DNA of 44,393 nucleotides, taken from assembly GCA_034718555.1 (NCBI GenBank), contig JAYEMW010000346.1, forward strand, positions 1 through 44,393. Reading direction: 5' to 3'. The DNA is from Thermodesulfobacteriota bacterium (GTDB lineage: Bacteria > Desulfobacterota > DSM-4660 > Desulfatiglandales > B25-G16). Each line of letters opens with the position of its first letter. Within the stretch, counting starts at the first letter, position 1. The notes beneath the pieces are model-generated. The model made no database searches, had not been told where the DNA came from, and saw only the letters and a list, made by a program, of their open reading frames with translations. This document shows positions 22,284 through 31,036 of the stretch, piece after piece. Position numbers and translations under genes: made by a program.

Positions 22284-23336
22284 TTACCAGTATCCCTTCT
22301 CAGCTGCCCACCGTCCTACTATCTTGAAAATTTCAGCAAAGGCAGGGTCTTTTAAATACTTTTTTGGTACAACTTCTTTAGCGGTAGCGGCCAATTTTTT
22401 GGCATCTTCCTCTGACCACTCTATTACTTCTATTCCATGCTTCTCCGCAAACTTCCATGCATCAGCGATTGCCAGTTCGGCCTCGAAGGCGTTTCTCCCG
22501 CTTCCAACCTCAACGGCTGCTTCTACTATAGCTTTGAGGTCATCAGGAAGCGCTTTCCATACATCCATGTTCACAATAAGGGCATCGGCCGCCGGTCCTA
22601 CCGCTGTTGGAAATTTTATCCAGTATTTGGTGACCTCATGGAATCCCATTGCCACATTGTCGGCTGCGTGCGAAAAGGTTATGGCGTCCACACCACCGGT
22701 GGCGAGCATGGTGTAAATTTCGGCGCCTGGGGTCCATATTGTCCCTGCTCCGTGGTGAGCCAACTGCAGAGCTATTAATTCAGAAGACCTGAACTTTTTT
22801 CCTTTGATGTCCTTTATGCCACGTATTGGTTCTTTTGATATCATTAGATTATCTAATGTCCAGTAGAGATTCCCCACGAGGTACACACCATGTTTGGCAT
22901 ATTCCTCTCTCAATAGCTTCATAATTTTTCCATCCTCGTAGGACTCATACAGGTAGCGCAACTCTGCAGTCGTCCTTGGAGCGGCAAAACAGTCCCCATG
23001 CATGAAACCGACAGGGAGTTCCCCCGGGAAATATCCGGGCCATATAAACGTCGCTTTCATCACACCCATAGATACGGCATTTAGCTGCTCCGCAACCGGA
23101 ACTATCGCCCCGGGGGCGCTTGGCTCCATAATTAGGCGCCCGTTGGACATCCTGTTAACATACTCAGATATATAACCTATGGTGTCCCAGGTTACCCCTG
23201 ACGGCAACCAGGATGACGGCTGCCATTTTTGCACCTTAGGAGTTTCAGATTGTACGGGCCGGGTAAAACCAACTACCACCAACCCGCTTATCAGTAACAC
23301 TATCATAACACGAGCCAACATCCATCCTTTTTTCAT
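22284..23336 (-). CDS. dctP: TRAP transporter solute-binding protein (DctP family)
   Basis: A 350-aa protein with an N-terminal signal peptide (MKKGWMLARVMIVLLISGLVVVG). It is first in the P-Q-M order. Confidence 0.75.
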   Translation of the reverse strand: MKKGWMLARVMIVLLISGLVVVGFTRPVQSETPKVQKWQPSSWLPSGVTWDTIGYISEYVNRMSNGRLIMEPSAPGAIVPVAEQLNAVSMGVMKATFIWPGYFPGELPVGFMHGDCFAAPRTTAELRYLYESYEDGKIMKLLREEYAKHGVYLVGNLYWTLDNLMISKEPIRGIKDIKGKKFRSSELIALQLAHHGAGTIWTPGAEIYTMLATGGVDAITFSHAADNVAMGFHEVTKYWIKFPTAVGPAADALIVNMDVWKALPDDLKAIVEAAVEVGSGRNAFEAELAIADAWKFAEKHGIEVIEWSEEDAKKLAATAKEVVPKKYLKDPAFAEIFKIVGRWAAEKGYW

Positions 23337-23518
23337 TTCTTCCTCCTTGCTAAAAATTTTGATCTTTATACAGGTACTGGTACTCCGACACTGATTTCTT
23401 TAACACAGCAACACCTCCTTTTTTGGATTTCGCTGGAAAAAACCCTGTAATCAGGGCAATCCGCTCTGACTCAGCGGCCTCTTATCAAGGATCCGCACGT
23501 GGTAAAATCTGACATTTC

Positions 23519-24253
23519 TCACATGAAACCATGAAATTCCTTTCTTGCCAGTGCTGTGTGGACATACTGAATCATTGTGGTGAAATCAAATATTGGGAGG
23601 TTAACTTCTTTTTGGATTGCATGGGCATATGGCGGCAGGTCACTACATTCCAGCACAAGTGCCCCAATGTCAGGGTTTTCTGTTATTAATTTCTTTGCAA
23701 CACCAACCACTTCGCCTTCTATAAGGTTTGAATCAAGGGTCCCCTTTTCTTCAAGTATAGCTTCTCGAAATTCCTTCTGATCTTCCATTCCACTTATAAG
23801 CAGTGGTATTTCTTTGTTTATGCCAACTGAAATGAAATGGTCAGGTGTCAAGGATTTTGAATCAGCGGTAATAATACCGATTTTTTGTTTTGTTATTTGA
23901 TAAATGAAAGGTATCTGAAGAAGACTTGAAAGGAAAACGGGCACATTTACAGCGTCTGAAACCTCTTGCTGGAAAAGAGCCATAAAGCCGCAGGCACCCG
24001 TAATTGCCTTTACCCCCTCTTCTTGCAATTCAATGGCAGCATCGATGAAACAGCTCAATAGGGTCATATCTTTTAGTTTAATAAGCCGTTCAATTGAGGC
24101 CCCTTTGACGACCTTATATCGAACAGGGAAAGAAAAGGTAGATGCATTCCCAACATTACCCGGAATGCAAGGGTATGTGGCATCTAAAATTAAAATACCG
24201 ATTGATTCGCCATACCAGGATTGTTTCTTATTCTTAACGTGATATAGCTTCAT
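23519..24253 (-). CDS. Asp/Glu/hydantoin racemase superfamily protein
   Basis: It has the pattern GILILDATYPCIPGNVGNASTFSFPVRY...GACGFM...LECSDLPPY, typical of this superfamily. I prefer ATG 24253 over the track TTG at 24259. The gene overlaps the 3' end of the GntR gene. Confidence 0.65.
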   Translation of the reverse strand: MKLYHVKNKKQSWYGESIGILILDATYPCIPGNVGNASTFSFPVRYKVVKGASIERLIKLKDMTLLSCFIDAAIELQEEGVKAITGACGFMALFQQEVSDAVNVPVFLSSLLQIPFIYQITKQKIGIITADSKSLTPDHFISVGINKEIPLLISGMEDQKEFREAILEEKGTLDSNLIEGEVVGVAKKLITENPDIGALVLECSDLPPYAHAIQKEVNLPIFDFTTMIQYVHTALARKEFHGFM

Positions 24254-24905
24254 CTTCAAGCCCTCTCATTAAGTGCGTAGCCATAGTCTTCAAGTAGAAG
24301 TTGAAGTGCTCTTTTATTAGCCTTTCCACTGCAGTTGAATTTTTATCTGTAAATGCTTGGTACACATTTTTGATGTCTTTAATAGATGATTTTATCAAAT
24401 TCTCTACAAGGGTTGTGTTTTCAATTGTATTCCACAATCGCATGCATTGATTATAAAGTTTTTCAAGTGAATCCTTTAGAATCTGATTACCTTGTGCATC
24501 TCGGATTATGCTGTGGAATTGAGCATCTAGTTCTAAATAGGAAAAAATGTCGTCTTCTGGGCGAAGAGATTCAATTTCTCCAACTATTTTCTTAAGGGTT
24601 TTTAAGTGATGCGGCTGGATCCTTTTAAAAGCAAGTTGCGCTGATACCCCCTCAAGAATGGTCCTCATTTCAAAAACATCACTAAGCGACTGTAAATTTA
24701 TAGGCGAAATGACCACTCCCACCTTGGGTTTAATGATGAGCAAATCCTCTATTTCAAGTTGAATTAGGGCCTCTCGATAAGGGGTTCTGCTAACAGCAAA
24801 TTCCTCGCAAATTTCTTTTTCACTTAGGATTGAGTTTTGTTTATATCGACCTAAAATGATTCTTTGTTTTAATTCCTCATATATTTTTAGTCGCTGGTTT
24901 TGCAT
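24234..24905 (-). CDS. GntR family transcriptional regulator (FadR/FCD subfamily)
   Basis: An N-terminal winged HTH (LSEKEICEEFAVSRTPYREALIQLE) is followed by an alpha-helical FCD-like C-terminal domain. It is the first gene of the minus-strand operon. Confidence 0.85.
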   Translation of the reverse strand: MQNQRLKIYEELKQRIILGRYKQNSILSEKEICEEFAVSRTPYREALIQLEIEDLLIIKPKVGVVISPINLQSLSDVFEMRTILEGVSAQLAFKRIQPHHLKTLKKIVGEIESLRPEDDIFSYLELDAQFHSIIRDAQGNQILKDSLEKLYNQCMRLWNTIENTTLVENLIKSSIKDIKNVYQAFTDKNSTAVERLIKEHFNFYLKTMATHLMRGLEDEAISR

Positions 24906-24991
24906 TTAATCGGTTTTAATTTCAATTTCCTTAAAAAATATTAGGATAAACAAGAATCAAATTTTATAAAGACATATTTATGTTTCTAAAT

Positions 24992-25020
24992 ACATATATC
25001 AAAAATATATCGTTTGTCAA
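24992..25020 (-). promoter_or_regulatory. candidate sigma70 promoter for the GntR/TRAP/racemase operon
   Basis: On the minus strand, TTGACA (plus 25015-25020) is followed 16-17 nt later by TATATG/ATATGT. This lies about 90-110 nt upstream of ATG 24905. Confidence 0.3.
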
Positions 25021-25113
25021 GAATTAAATTGCAATTTTTGTTAGTTTAATAAAATTTTAAAATATTTTTAAAGGCTATTAGTTAAGGTAGCTCAAACAGG
25101 TATTACCTATCTT

Positions 25114-26430
25114 TCAGTCTAATTCTCTCATTAGTTTTACCAATCCGCCTGATAGCGGGTCTAATCCAATAGCTGGAGAATAAGGTGTCTCAATAGCGGT
25201 CAGTCTGTTAACTGGTATTTTTTCAGCAATGGCAAGGGCCATTTCGTTGATTGCACCTCTTATTTTCTCCTCTGAAACAATCTGTGCTCCAATTAGTCTT
25301 TTAGACTTGCGGTCAGCAATAAGCTTAAAATGAAAAGGCCTGCCACCATACTGTACCCTTGTAGTTGGGACAGTCATGGCAATAGATACAATATCCAAAC
25401 CTTTTTCTTTAGCAATCTTTTCAGTAAAACCTACAGCTCCTATCTGATAGCCAAGGATTTCTATGGCAAACGTCAAAAGGGTTCCTTCATAGGGGATTGA
25501 ATTCCCTGATACAAGATTTCTTCCGGCAATATAACCTGTTCTATCAGCGGTAGTAACCATAAGTCTGCGTGTTTTTTGACCTATAATTCTATCATAATTC
25601 TCTATACAATCACCTGCAGCATAAATATCAGGGTCATTAGTCTGGAGAAACTCATTAACTAATATTCCTCCAGTCTCGCCTATATTAATCCCTGACCGTT
25701 TTGCCAGGTCAACATTAGGTTTAGCCCCAGTAGCAAGAAGCAAAAAGGGAGCTTCAATCTCATCATCATCAAGAATGATACGCTTTACTTCAGAGTTTCC
25801 ATTTACACCCTTGATATTGGCAGACATGATAAGTTCTAATCCCTTGCTTTTCATCGCCCTTTCAACAATAGATGCAATGTCCTCGTCTAAACCGGCCGGC
25901 AAAATATTGTCTTGCATATCCAACAGATATAACTTTTCATAATTTTTTTCCATGAGGGCCATGGCTATTTCTATTCCAATGGCGCCTGCCCCAATAACAG
26001 CAGCGCCGGTGTGTTTTGAGATAACTTGCTCCAAGGCTCTTCCGTCCGCAATATTAGTGGACACTGTATATTCATTTTTTCCATCAAGCCCGGGTATTGC
26101 TGGAACAGAGGGAATGGCTCCAGGACTTAATATCAACTTATCGTAAGAATAACTCTTATCCCCTGCTATTATGCACCTATTTTTCCTATCTATTTCAGTG
26201 ACTTCAGTGCTAAGGTGAACAGATATGCCGTTTTTCTTAAAAAAATCCCCCGAGTAAAAGATATCATCCCACTTTACTGAACCCCTAAGCACAAAAGGTG
26301 GTTCGCATGGTGCGTAGCCAATTTCAGCCTGTGTGCTAAAGAGATCTATCTGGATATTCTTGTCTAATTGCCTGATACCTCTTGAAGCGCTTCTTCCTCC
26401 GGCGCCACCGCCAATAATGCAAATTTTCAT
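25114..26430 (-). CDS. pyridine nucleotide-disulfide oxidoreductase, NADH oxidase/CoA-disulfide reductase-like
   Basis: It has MKICIIGGGAGG (FAD fold), a single redox-Cys context (GYAPCEPPF), a second dinucleotide fold (AAVIGAGAIGIEIA) and the motif YAAGDC. Confidence 0.75.
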   Translation of the reverse strand: MKICIIGGGAGGRSASRGIRQLDKNIQIDLFSTQAEIGYAPCEPPFVLRGSVKWDDIFYSGDFFKKNGISVHLSTEVTEIDRKNRCIIAGDKSYSYDKLILSPGAIPSVPAIPGLDGKNEYTVSTNIADGRALEQVISKHTGAAVIGAGAIGIEIAMALMEKNYEKLYLLDMQDNILPAGLDEDIASIVERAMKSKGLELIMSANIKGVNGNSEVKRIILDDDEIEAPFLLLATGAKPNVDLAKRSGINIGETGGILVNEFLQTNDPDIYAAGDCIENYDRIIGQKTRRLMVTTADRTGYIAGRNLVSGNSIPYEGTLLTFAIEILGYQIGAVGFTEKIAKEKGLDIVSIAMTVPTTRVQYGGRPFHFKLIADRKSKRLIGAQIVSEEKIRGAINEMALAIAEKIPVNRLTAIETPYSPAIGLDPLSGGLVKLMRELD

Positions 26431-26540
26431 ATGCCTCCTATCTGTATAAAAACTCTAATTTTGATATAATTTAATCTCTATTACCTTGGAATTTCTTTTT
26501 GAATGGCCGCAACACAAATAGTTTTAGGGTATTTTTTGAA

Positions 26541-27695
26541 TTATTTAAATATCTCCTGGCCCTTGAAGTCACGATAAGGGTCAAAGTTTTTTAAGATTTC
26601 CAGATCATCTGAATAATAACTTTTAGTTATTAACCTATAGATTAATTCAGCCATGCCCGGTCCAAGCATAAAACCCTGGCCGCACATGCCTACGGCCTGA
26701 TAAAAATTATCTAATTCCTCCATTCTGCCTACAATTGGAAAGCCGTCTGGGGTCATGGGGTACTGGCCACGCCAGGTACGGCGCACCTTTAGGTTTTTTA
26801 GGACAGGCATAATATTGATCATTCTCTCGGCAATCATAGGCAAAAATGCAGAGGTGGCACTGTTTTTTATGCCCCAGATGGGGGGATCTGGGGTCAGACA
26901 AAAAACCACCTGACCTTCACTATTCTGGTAAAAGTAAAAATTTTTAGACCCGGATGCCTCACGCATATCAACAACCATGGGGCCCATAAAAGGTTTTACA
27001 GGTTCGCAAATTCCGGCCTCATGAGAATCCGGATTTACTGGAATATCAATGCCTGCCATATGAGAGACATCTTTAGCATAGGCACCGGCAGCATTTAGCA
27101 CATTAGCCGAATAATATGAGCCTTTATTAGTCTTCACAGAGGTGATATTACCCTTTTCTATTTCAAATCCCACAACTATTTCCTTAAATCTGAACTCTGC
27201 TCCATATCCTTCTGCCTTAAAGTATGAGGACTGAGTAAATAACAAAGGGGATGCAGAGCCGTCTTCCGGGGAATAAGTGCTGCCACTCAATCCCTCCATA
27301 TTGATTCCAGGGTTTAATTCCCTATACTCTTCAGGAGACAGCCATTCAATATTAAGGTTGAAATTTTGTTGAATTTTTAATAAATCTTTTAATATTTTTT
27401 CATCTTTTTCTCTATAGACGGGGAATGAATACCCGTTTGCTTGCCACTGGATATCATCTCCATATAGTTCTTTCCACTGTGAGAAAATCTCTATGCTTCT
27501 CTGGGATACTAATATTTTTCCCTTATCTGAATGGGTGGCACGAATTCCACCAATGGCCTTTTTATCCTGTCCCTGGCCGGGAGATGCCAGGGAATCAATA
27601 ACCAAGACGGATTGCTTGTTCTTTGCAAACTCCATCGCAACAGGTACGCCAATGGAACCACTTCCTATAACAATAAGGTCATATGTTTTATTCAT
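26541..27695 (-). CDS. FAD-dependent oxidoreductase, OoxB / sarcosine-oxidase-beta / proline-dehydrogenase-beta-like
   Basis: I prefer ATG 27695 (GGGGGAAAAAATG; MNKTYDLIVIGSGSIG dinucleotide fold). That ATG overlaps the last codons of the upstream gene by 8 nt. It is a DAO-family protein with GMCGQGFMLGPG near the C-terminus. Confidence 0.8.
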   Translation of the reverse strand: MNKTYDLIVIGSGSIGVPVAMEFAKNKQSVLVIDSLASPGQGQDKKAIGGIRATHSDKGKILVSQRSIEIFSQWKELYGDDIQWQANGYSFPVYREKDEKILKDLLKIQQNFNLNIEWLSPEEYRELNPGINMEGLSGSTYSPEDGSASPLLFTQSSYFKAEGYGAEFRFKEIVVGFEIEKGNITSVKTNKGSYYSANVLNAAGAYAKDVSHMAGIDIPVNPDSHEAGICEPVKPFMGPMVVDMREASGSKNFYFYQNSEGQVVFCLTPDPPIWGIKNSATSAFLPMIAERMINIMPVLKNLKVRRTWRGQYPMTPDGFPIVGRMEELDNFYQAVGMCGQGFMLGPGMAELIYRLITKSYYSDDLEILKNFDPYRDFKGQEIFK

Positions 27696-29781
27696 TTTTT
27701 CCCCCATATGAAATATTGGAGAAAACGCCGAGCGGGGCCTCAATAAAAATCGGTCTCCTTGTGTTTAAGGTTACCTCTTCTAAGGGTATGCCTTCTTCTC
27801 TATACATCTGCAAAATCAAATTTTCACATGTCTTGGCGCCACAGGCCCCCATGCCAGCCCTGGTAATGGCCTTAATTTGATTCAAATCTTTTATCCCCCT
27901 CCTGATCAGTGGTCGGATTTCTCCTGCAGTCACTCGTTCACACCGACAGACGATTGCATCGTCCGGTATTTTACCTAATACAGCTTTGTTTTCAGGCAAT
28001 GAGACATCATCCCTTTGCACCTTAAACCCTGCAACTTGCCCGGCAATATCTTTCGGGACCCTTACCTTAATGATTTGTGTTTTTCGAGACGCCTTATTTA
28101 TAACCGTATCAATGACTACTGCCTCTTGAAGCGCGTTTCCTTCATAATCGGTCAATAAAACCGAATCTCCTTTTTTATATTCATAGTTATAAATTTCATA
28201 GGCAAGAGACACCACTGGATTATCGGAATTTTCCCGGTAATCTACCAAAGAGATTGCCAGGCCTGGGCAGATTAATACACATTTGTTGCAACCAATGCAT
28301 TTATTGTTGGTTATCTGAGGTTTCCCCGTAATAGAGTCACCAGGAATGTGAATAACGCCTTGCTTGCACACAGAAACGCATGGGTTGCATGGGATTTCCT
28401 GATGGCAATGGATAATCGGTGTAATGCCTGTTTCCGGATAAGAGTCATATTGTGCCACAGTAATGGACCCGGGATGGCTTTTCAGAATATTTGCCTTTTG
28501 ATACCAATCTTTTGGTACAGGCTTGTCTTCTTTTCCAAGTTTTCTGGCAATCTCAAGGCCGGCTATTTTTCCGCTAAACATGGCAGAGGAGGCCTCGGCG
28601 ATTTCCTGTGCATCTCCTGCTGAAAAGGTATTGATACCGGCCTTCCTGGCCTCCATAAAAAACTCATTTACAGGGCTAAGACCTGTGCCAATTAATACTG
28701 TATCGCATCCAAAGGTCTTTTCAGTCCCTGCAATTGGCCTGAAATTATCATTAACCTGGCATACGGTTACAGACTCTACATGTTCATCTCCATTTGCGGA
28801 CAAAATAGTGTGCCTTGTATATATTGGTACACCCAATCTTTTTATTTTATTAGCGTGTACTTGGTAACCACCTACGTGGCTTAGGACCTCAACTAATCCA
28901 ATCACATCAATACCAGCCTGCAAGGCATGATATGCGGCTATCAGCCCTACATTCCCACCCCCTACCACAAACAGTCTTTTGGCAGGCCTAATGAGATCTC
29001 TGTTAACAAGGGTTTGAAAGGCACCGGCACCATATACACCGGGCAATGTATTTCCTGGAAAGGTCAGGGACTTTTCCCTTGCCCCCGTGGCATTTAAAAC
29101 AATTTCTGGTTTTATAATTTTATATTCTGACCCGTTAGTAATTATCCCTACTTTTTTATCACTAAACACATACATCGCAGTGCTGTTGAGCCATATTTTC
29201 AAAGAGGAAAACTCTCCTGTTTTATCTTCTAAAATTTTTGCAATCTCTATCCCCCTCGTTCCTGCATAACAATCATCGATTGAGCCGAAAAACTTATGGG
29301 TCTGGAGAACCAATTTCCCACCTAAACGATCCTTATCATCAACAATTGTGGCTTTAATCCCCCTTTCACCTAATTGCAGGGCTGCAGAAAGACCAGCGGG
29401 GCCACCACCGATTATCAAAACCTCTGTCTCAAAATCCTTAACAGGAGAAAGTTTAAAATCATCTACATGACGCGGAAGGGTTGGCAGGCCCACAACGCTT
29501 TCTACAACCATATTTTCTTCTATTTTTGTCATGCATGATTTTACTGGAATTCCATTGGCAATGACCGTACACTGAGCACACTGACCATTGGCACAAAATA
29601 TTCCCTGGGGAAACCCATCTTTTGCATGATGGCCAAAAACATGTATGCCATTGGCAAACAGGGCAGATGAAATTACCTCATCTTCATAGGCCTGAAATTT
29701 CTTATTGTTCCAGTAAAAAACTATTCTTTTTCTTTTAGGGATACTCAGTATAGGGTGTTTTCTGATACGCCATTCAGACAT
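27688..29781 (-). CDS. multi-domain Fe-S flavoprotein: [2Fe-2S] + FAD/NAD(P) oxidoreductase (OoxA/HcnB/PDH-alpha-like) + 2x[4Fe-4S] + BFD-like [2Fe-2S]
   Basis: The N-terminus has CANGQCAQCTV...KSC. Two dinucleotide folds follow (VLIIGGGPAGLSAA and LFVVGGGNVGLIAA). Next come the Cys clusters CNPCVSVC and CIGCNKCVLICP. The C-terminus has CRCERVTAGEI...GACGAKTC, a BFD-like motif. Confidence 0.75.
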   Translation of the reverse strand: MSEWRIRKHPILSIPKRKRIVFYWNNKKFQAYEDEVISSALFANGIHVFGHHAKDGFPQGIFCANGQCAQCTVIANGIPVKSCMTKIEENMVVESVVGLPTLPRHVDDFKLSPVKDFETEVLIIGGGPAGLSAALQLGERGIKATIVDDKDRLGGKLVLQTHKFFGSIDDCYAGTRGIEIAKILEDKTGEFSSLKIWLNSTAMYVFSDKKVGIITNGSEYKIIKPEIVLNATGAREKSLTFPGNTLPGVYGAGAFQTLVNRDLIRPAKRLFVVGGGNVGLIAAYHALQAGIDVIGLVEVLSHVGGYQVHANKIKRLGVPIYTRHTILSANGDEHVESVTVCQVNDNFRPIAGTEKTFGCDTVLIGTGLSPVNEFFMEARKAGINTFSAGDAQEIAEASSAMFSGKIAGLEIARKLGKEDKPVPKDWYQKANILKSHPGSITVAQYDSYPETGITPIIHCHQEIPCNPCVSVCKQGVIHIPGDSITGKPQITNNKCIGCNKCVLICPGLAISLVDYRENSDNPVVSLAYEIYNYEYKKGDSVLLTDYEGNALQEAVVIDTVINKASRKTQIIKVRVPKDIAGQVAGFKVQRDDVSLPENKAVLGKIPDDAIVCRCERVTAGEIRPLIRRGIKDLNQIKAITRAGMGACGAKTCENLILQMYREEGIPLEEVTLNTRRPIFIEAPLGVFSNISYGGKNE

Positions 29782-29833
29782 TGAATTGCTCCTTATATCT
29801 AACCCGGGAAAGCTGGGTAAAAATAAATAAATT

Positions 29834-30559
29834 TCAAGTCTCAGATTTCTTTGCTTTTTCCTCCATTAACCGGTTGAATCGATATACGTGATTCTGAACC
29901 AGTAAATGGGCCTGGGCTGCCTGTCTATTTTCCACCGCCTCAACGATTTCGCAAAGATCTTGATAGTTTTCCCTTAGAAGACCTTCTTCTCTTGTAAGAA
30001 ACTGATCGAAATAACGATGTATATTATCGTAAACCGTCTGTAGAATTGATTCATATATGGGGTTTCCTGCAATATGAGCCAAAGCCATATGCAATTGGTT
30101 GTCCACATGAATGAAATTATCCCAGTCACATGTCCCTTCATCAAGGTGGCCTTTTGCATCTGCTAAAAGCTTTTTTAAATACTGGATATCTTCACTCTTG
30201 GCTCTCTCCACAGCAAGGCCTGCAACAATACCTTCAACCCCCTCTCTAAATTCTGCAAGATCCCTAAGGGATACCTTTTGATATCGTATAAGAAGATCCA
30301 GATTCTCGCTGATCTGGTCAGTAGTAAGGGAATTCACCACAGCGCCTCCTGCAACACCTGTCTTGATTGTGATAAGCCCCTTTTGCTCTAATATACGAAG
30401 CGCTTCCCTTAGTGTGCCCCTGGAAGACCTGAACATTTCCTTCATCTCCCTTTCCGGGGGCAGTTTGTCTCCAGGTTTCAATCTGCCTTCAAGTATGGCA
30501 TCCTGAATCTGTTGAACTACGTCCTGAAATATTCTATTTTGTTTCGCCTCGCGGAACAT
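29834..30559 (-). CDS. GntR family transcriptional regulator (FadR/FCD subfamily)
   Basis: It has a wHTH (PPEREMKEMFRSSRGTLREALRILE) and an FCD-like C-terminal domain. It heads the second minus-strand operon. Confidence 0.85.
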   Translation of the reverse strand: MFREAKQNRIFQDVVQQIQDAILEGRLKPGDKLPPEREMKEMFRSSRGTLREALRILEQKGLITIKTGVAGGAVVNSLTTDQISENLDLLIRYQKVSLRDLAEFREGVEGIVAGLAVERAKSEDIQYLKKLLADAKGHLDEGTCDWDNFIHVDNQLHMALAHIAGNPIYESILQTVYDNIHRYFDQFLTREEGLLRENYQDLCEIVEAVENRQAAQAHLLVQNHVYRFNRLMEEKAKKSET

Positions 30560-30585
30560 AGCATCACTCTTTTTTGTTAGTTTAG

Positions 30586-30600
30586 AATGGTTAAACCATT
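30586..30600. promoter_or_regulatory. candidate GntR operator, 15-bp perfect palindrome AATGGTTAAACCATT
   Basis: The GT-N-AC core is typical of GntR/FadR operators. The site lies 27-41 nt upstream of the GntR ATG (30559) and overlaps the predicted -10. Confidence 0.55.
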
Positions 30601-30624
30601 ATCATACTTTATTTATATTGTCAA
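30596..30624 (-). promoter_or_regulatory. candidate sigma70 promoter of the second GntR operon
   Basis: On the minus strand, TTGACA (plus 30619-30624) is followed by GATAAT/ATAATG/TAATGG at 15-17 nt spacing. Confidence 0.4.
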
Positions 30625-31036
30625 GAAGATTTTCTCAAAAATATATTTAAATATAGGCGTAAGGGATTTGCTGGTGAAATAACTGTCATTATATCGGAAT
30701 TTCGGATATACACAACAGACATCGTAATTTATAGCGTATCATGGTGTAATATTTTGGACAACAGCCTCCTATACCAAACTGACGTTCAATCAATTTGCAA
30801 TTCCGCGGGATATAAAGCTCTCCAGGCATTTGTTTAAAGTGAATGACGAAGTCTGAGTTTATAGTTTATTGATACTTTGGATTTTCTATGATATAGATTT
30901 CGATATTACAGACAGCGGGGTTTTTAGCTCTTTTTTATTGCATCGTCAAGATGTTTTTCATGTTTCATGTTTTAAACGATGTCATAGAGAGTATTTCAAG
31001 TAGAGACGGAGTTGTTAAAATTTTATTTTTGAAGGA

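Noticed and set aside
22231-22778. Plus-strand ORFs of 161 aa and 113 aa lie opposite the TRAP binding-protein gene.
   Set aside because: The Ala/Ser-rich composition is typical of the antisense frame of a GC-richer gene. The DctP-type ORF on the minus strand has a signal peptide and operon context.
28348-29269. Plus-strand ORFs (28348..28623, 28523..28867, 29087..29269) lie opposite the 697-aa Fe-S flavoprotein gene. Similar shadow ORFs lie at 32328..33134, 33425..33979 and 35092..36210 opposite the OFOR operon, and at 31465..31878 opposite the Fe-S/DUF3786-like gene.
   Set aside because: All are embedded antisense to ORFs that have clear cofactor-binding motifs and translational coupling. 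None has recognisable motifs or ribosome-binding sites.
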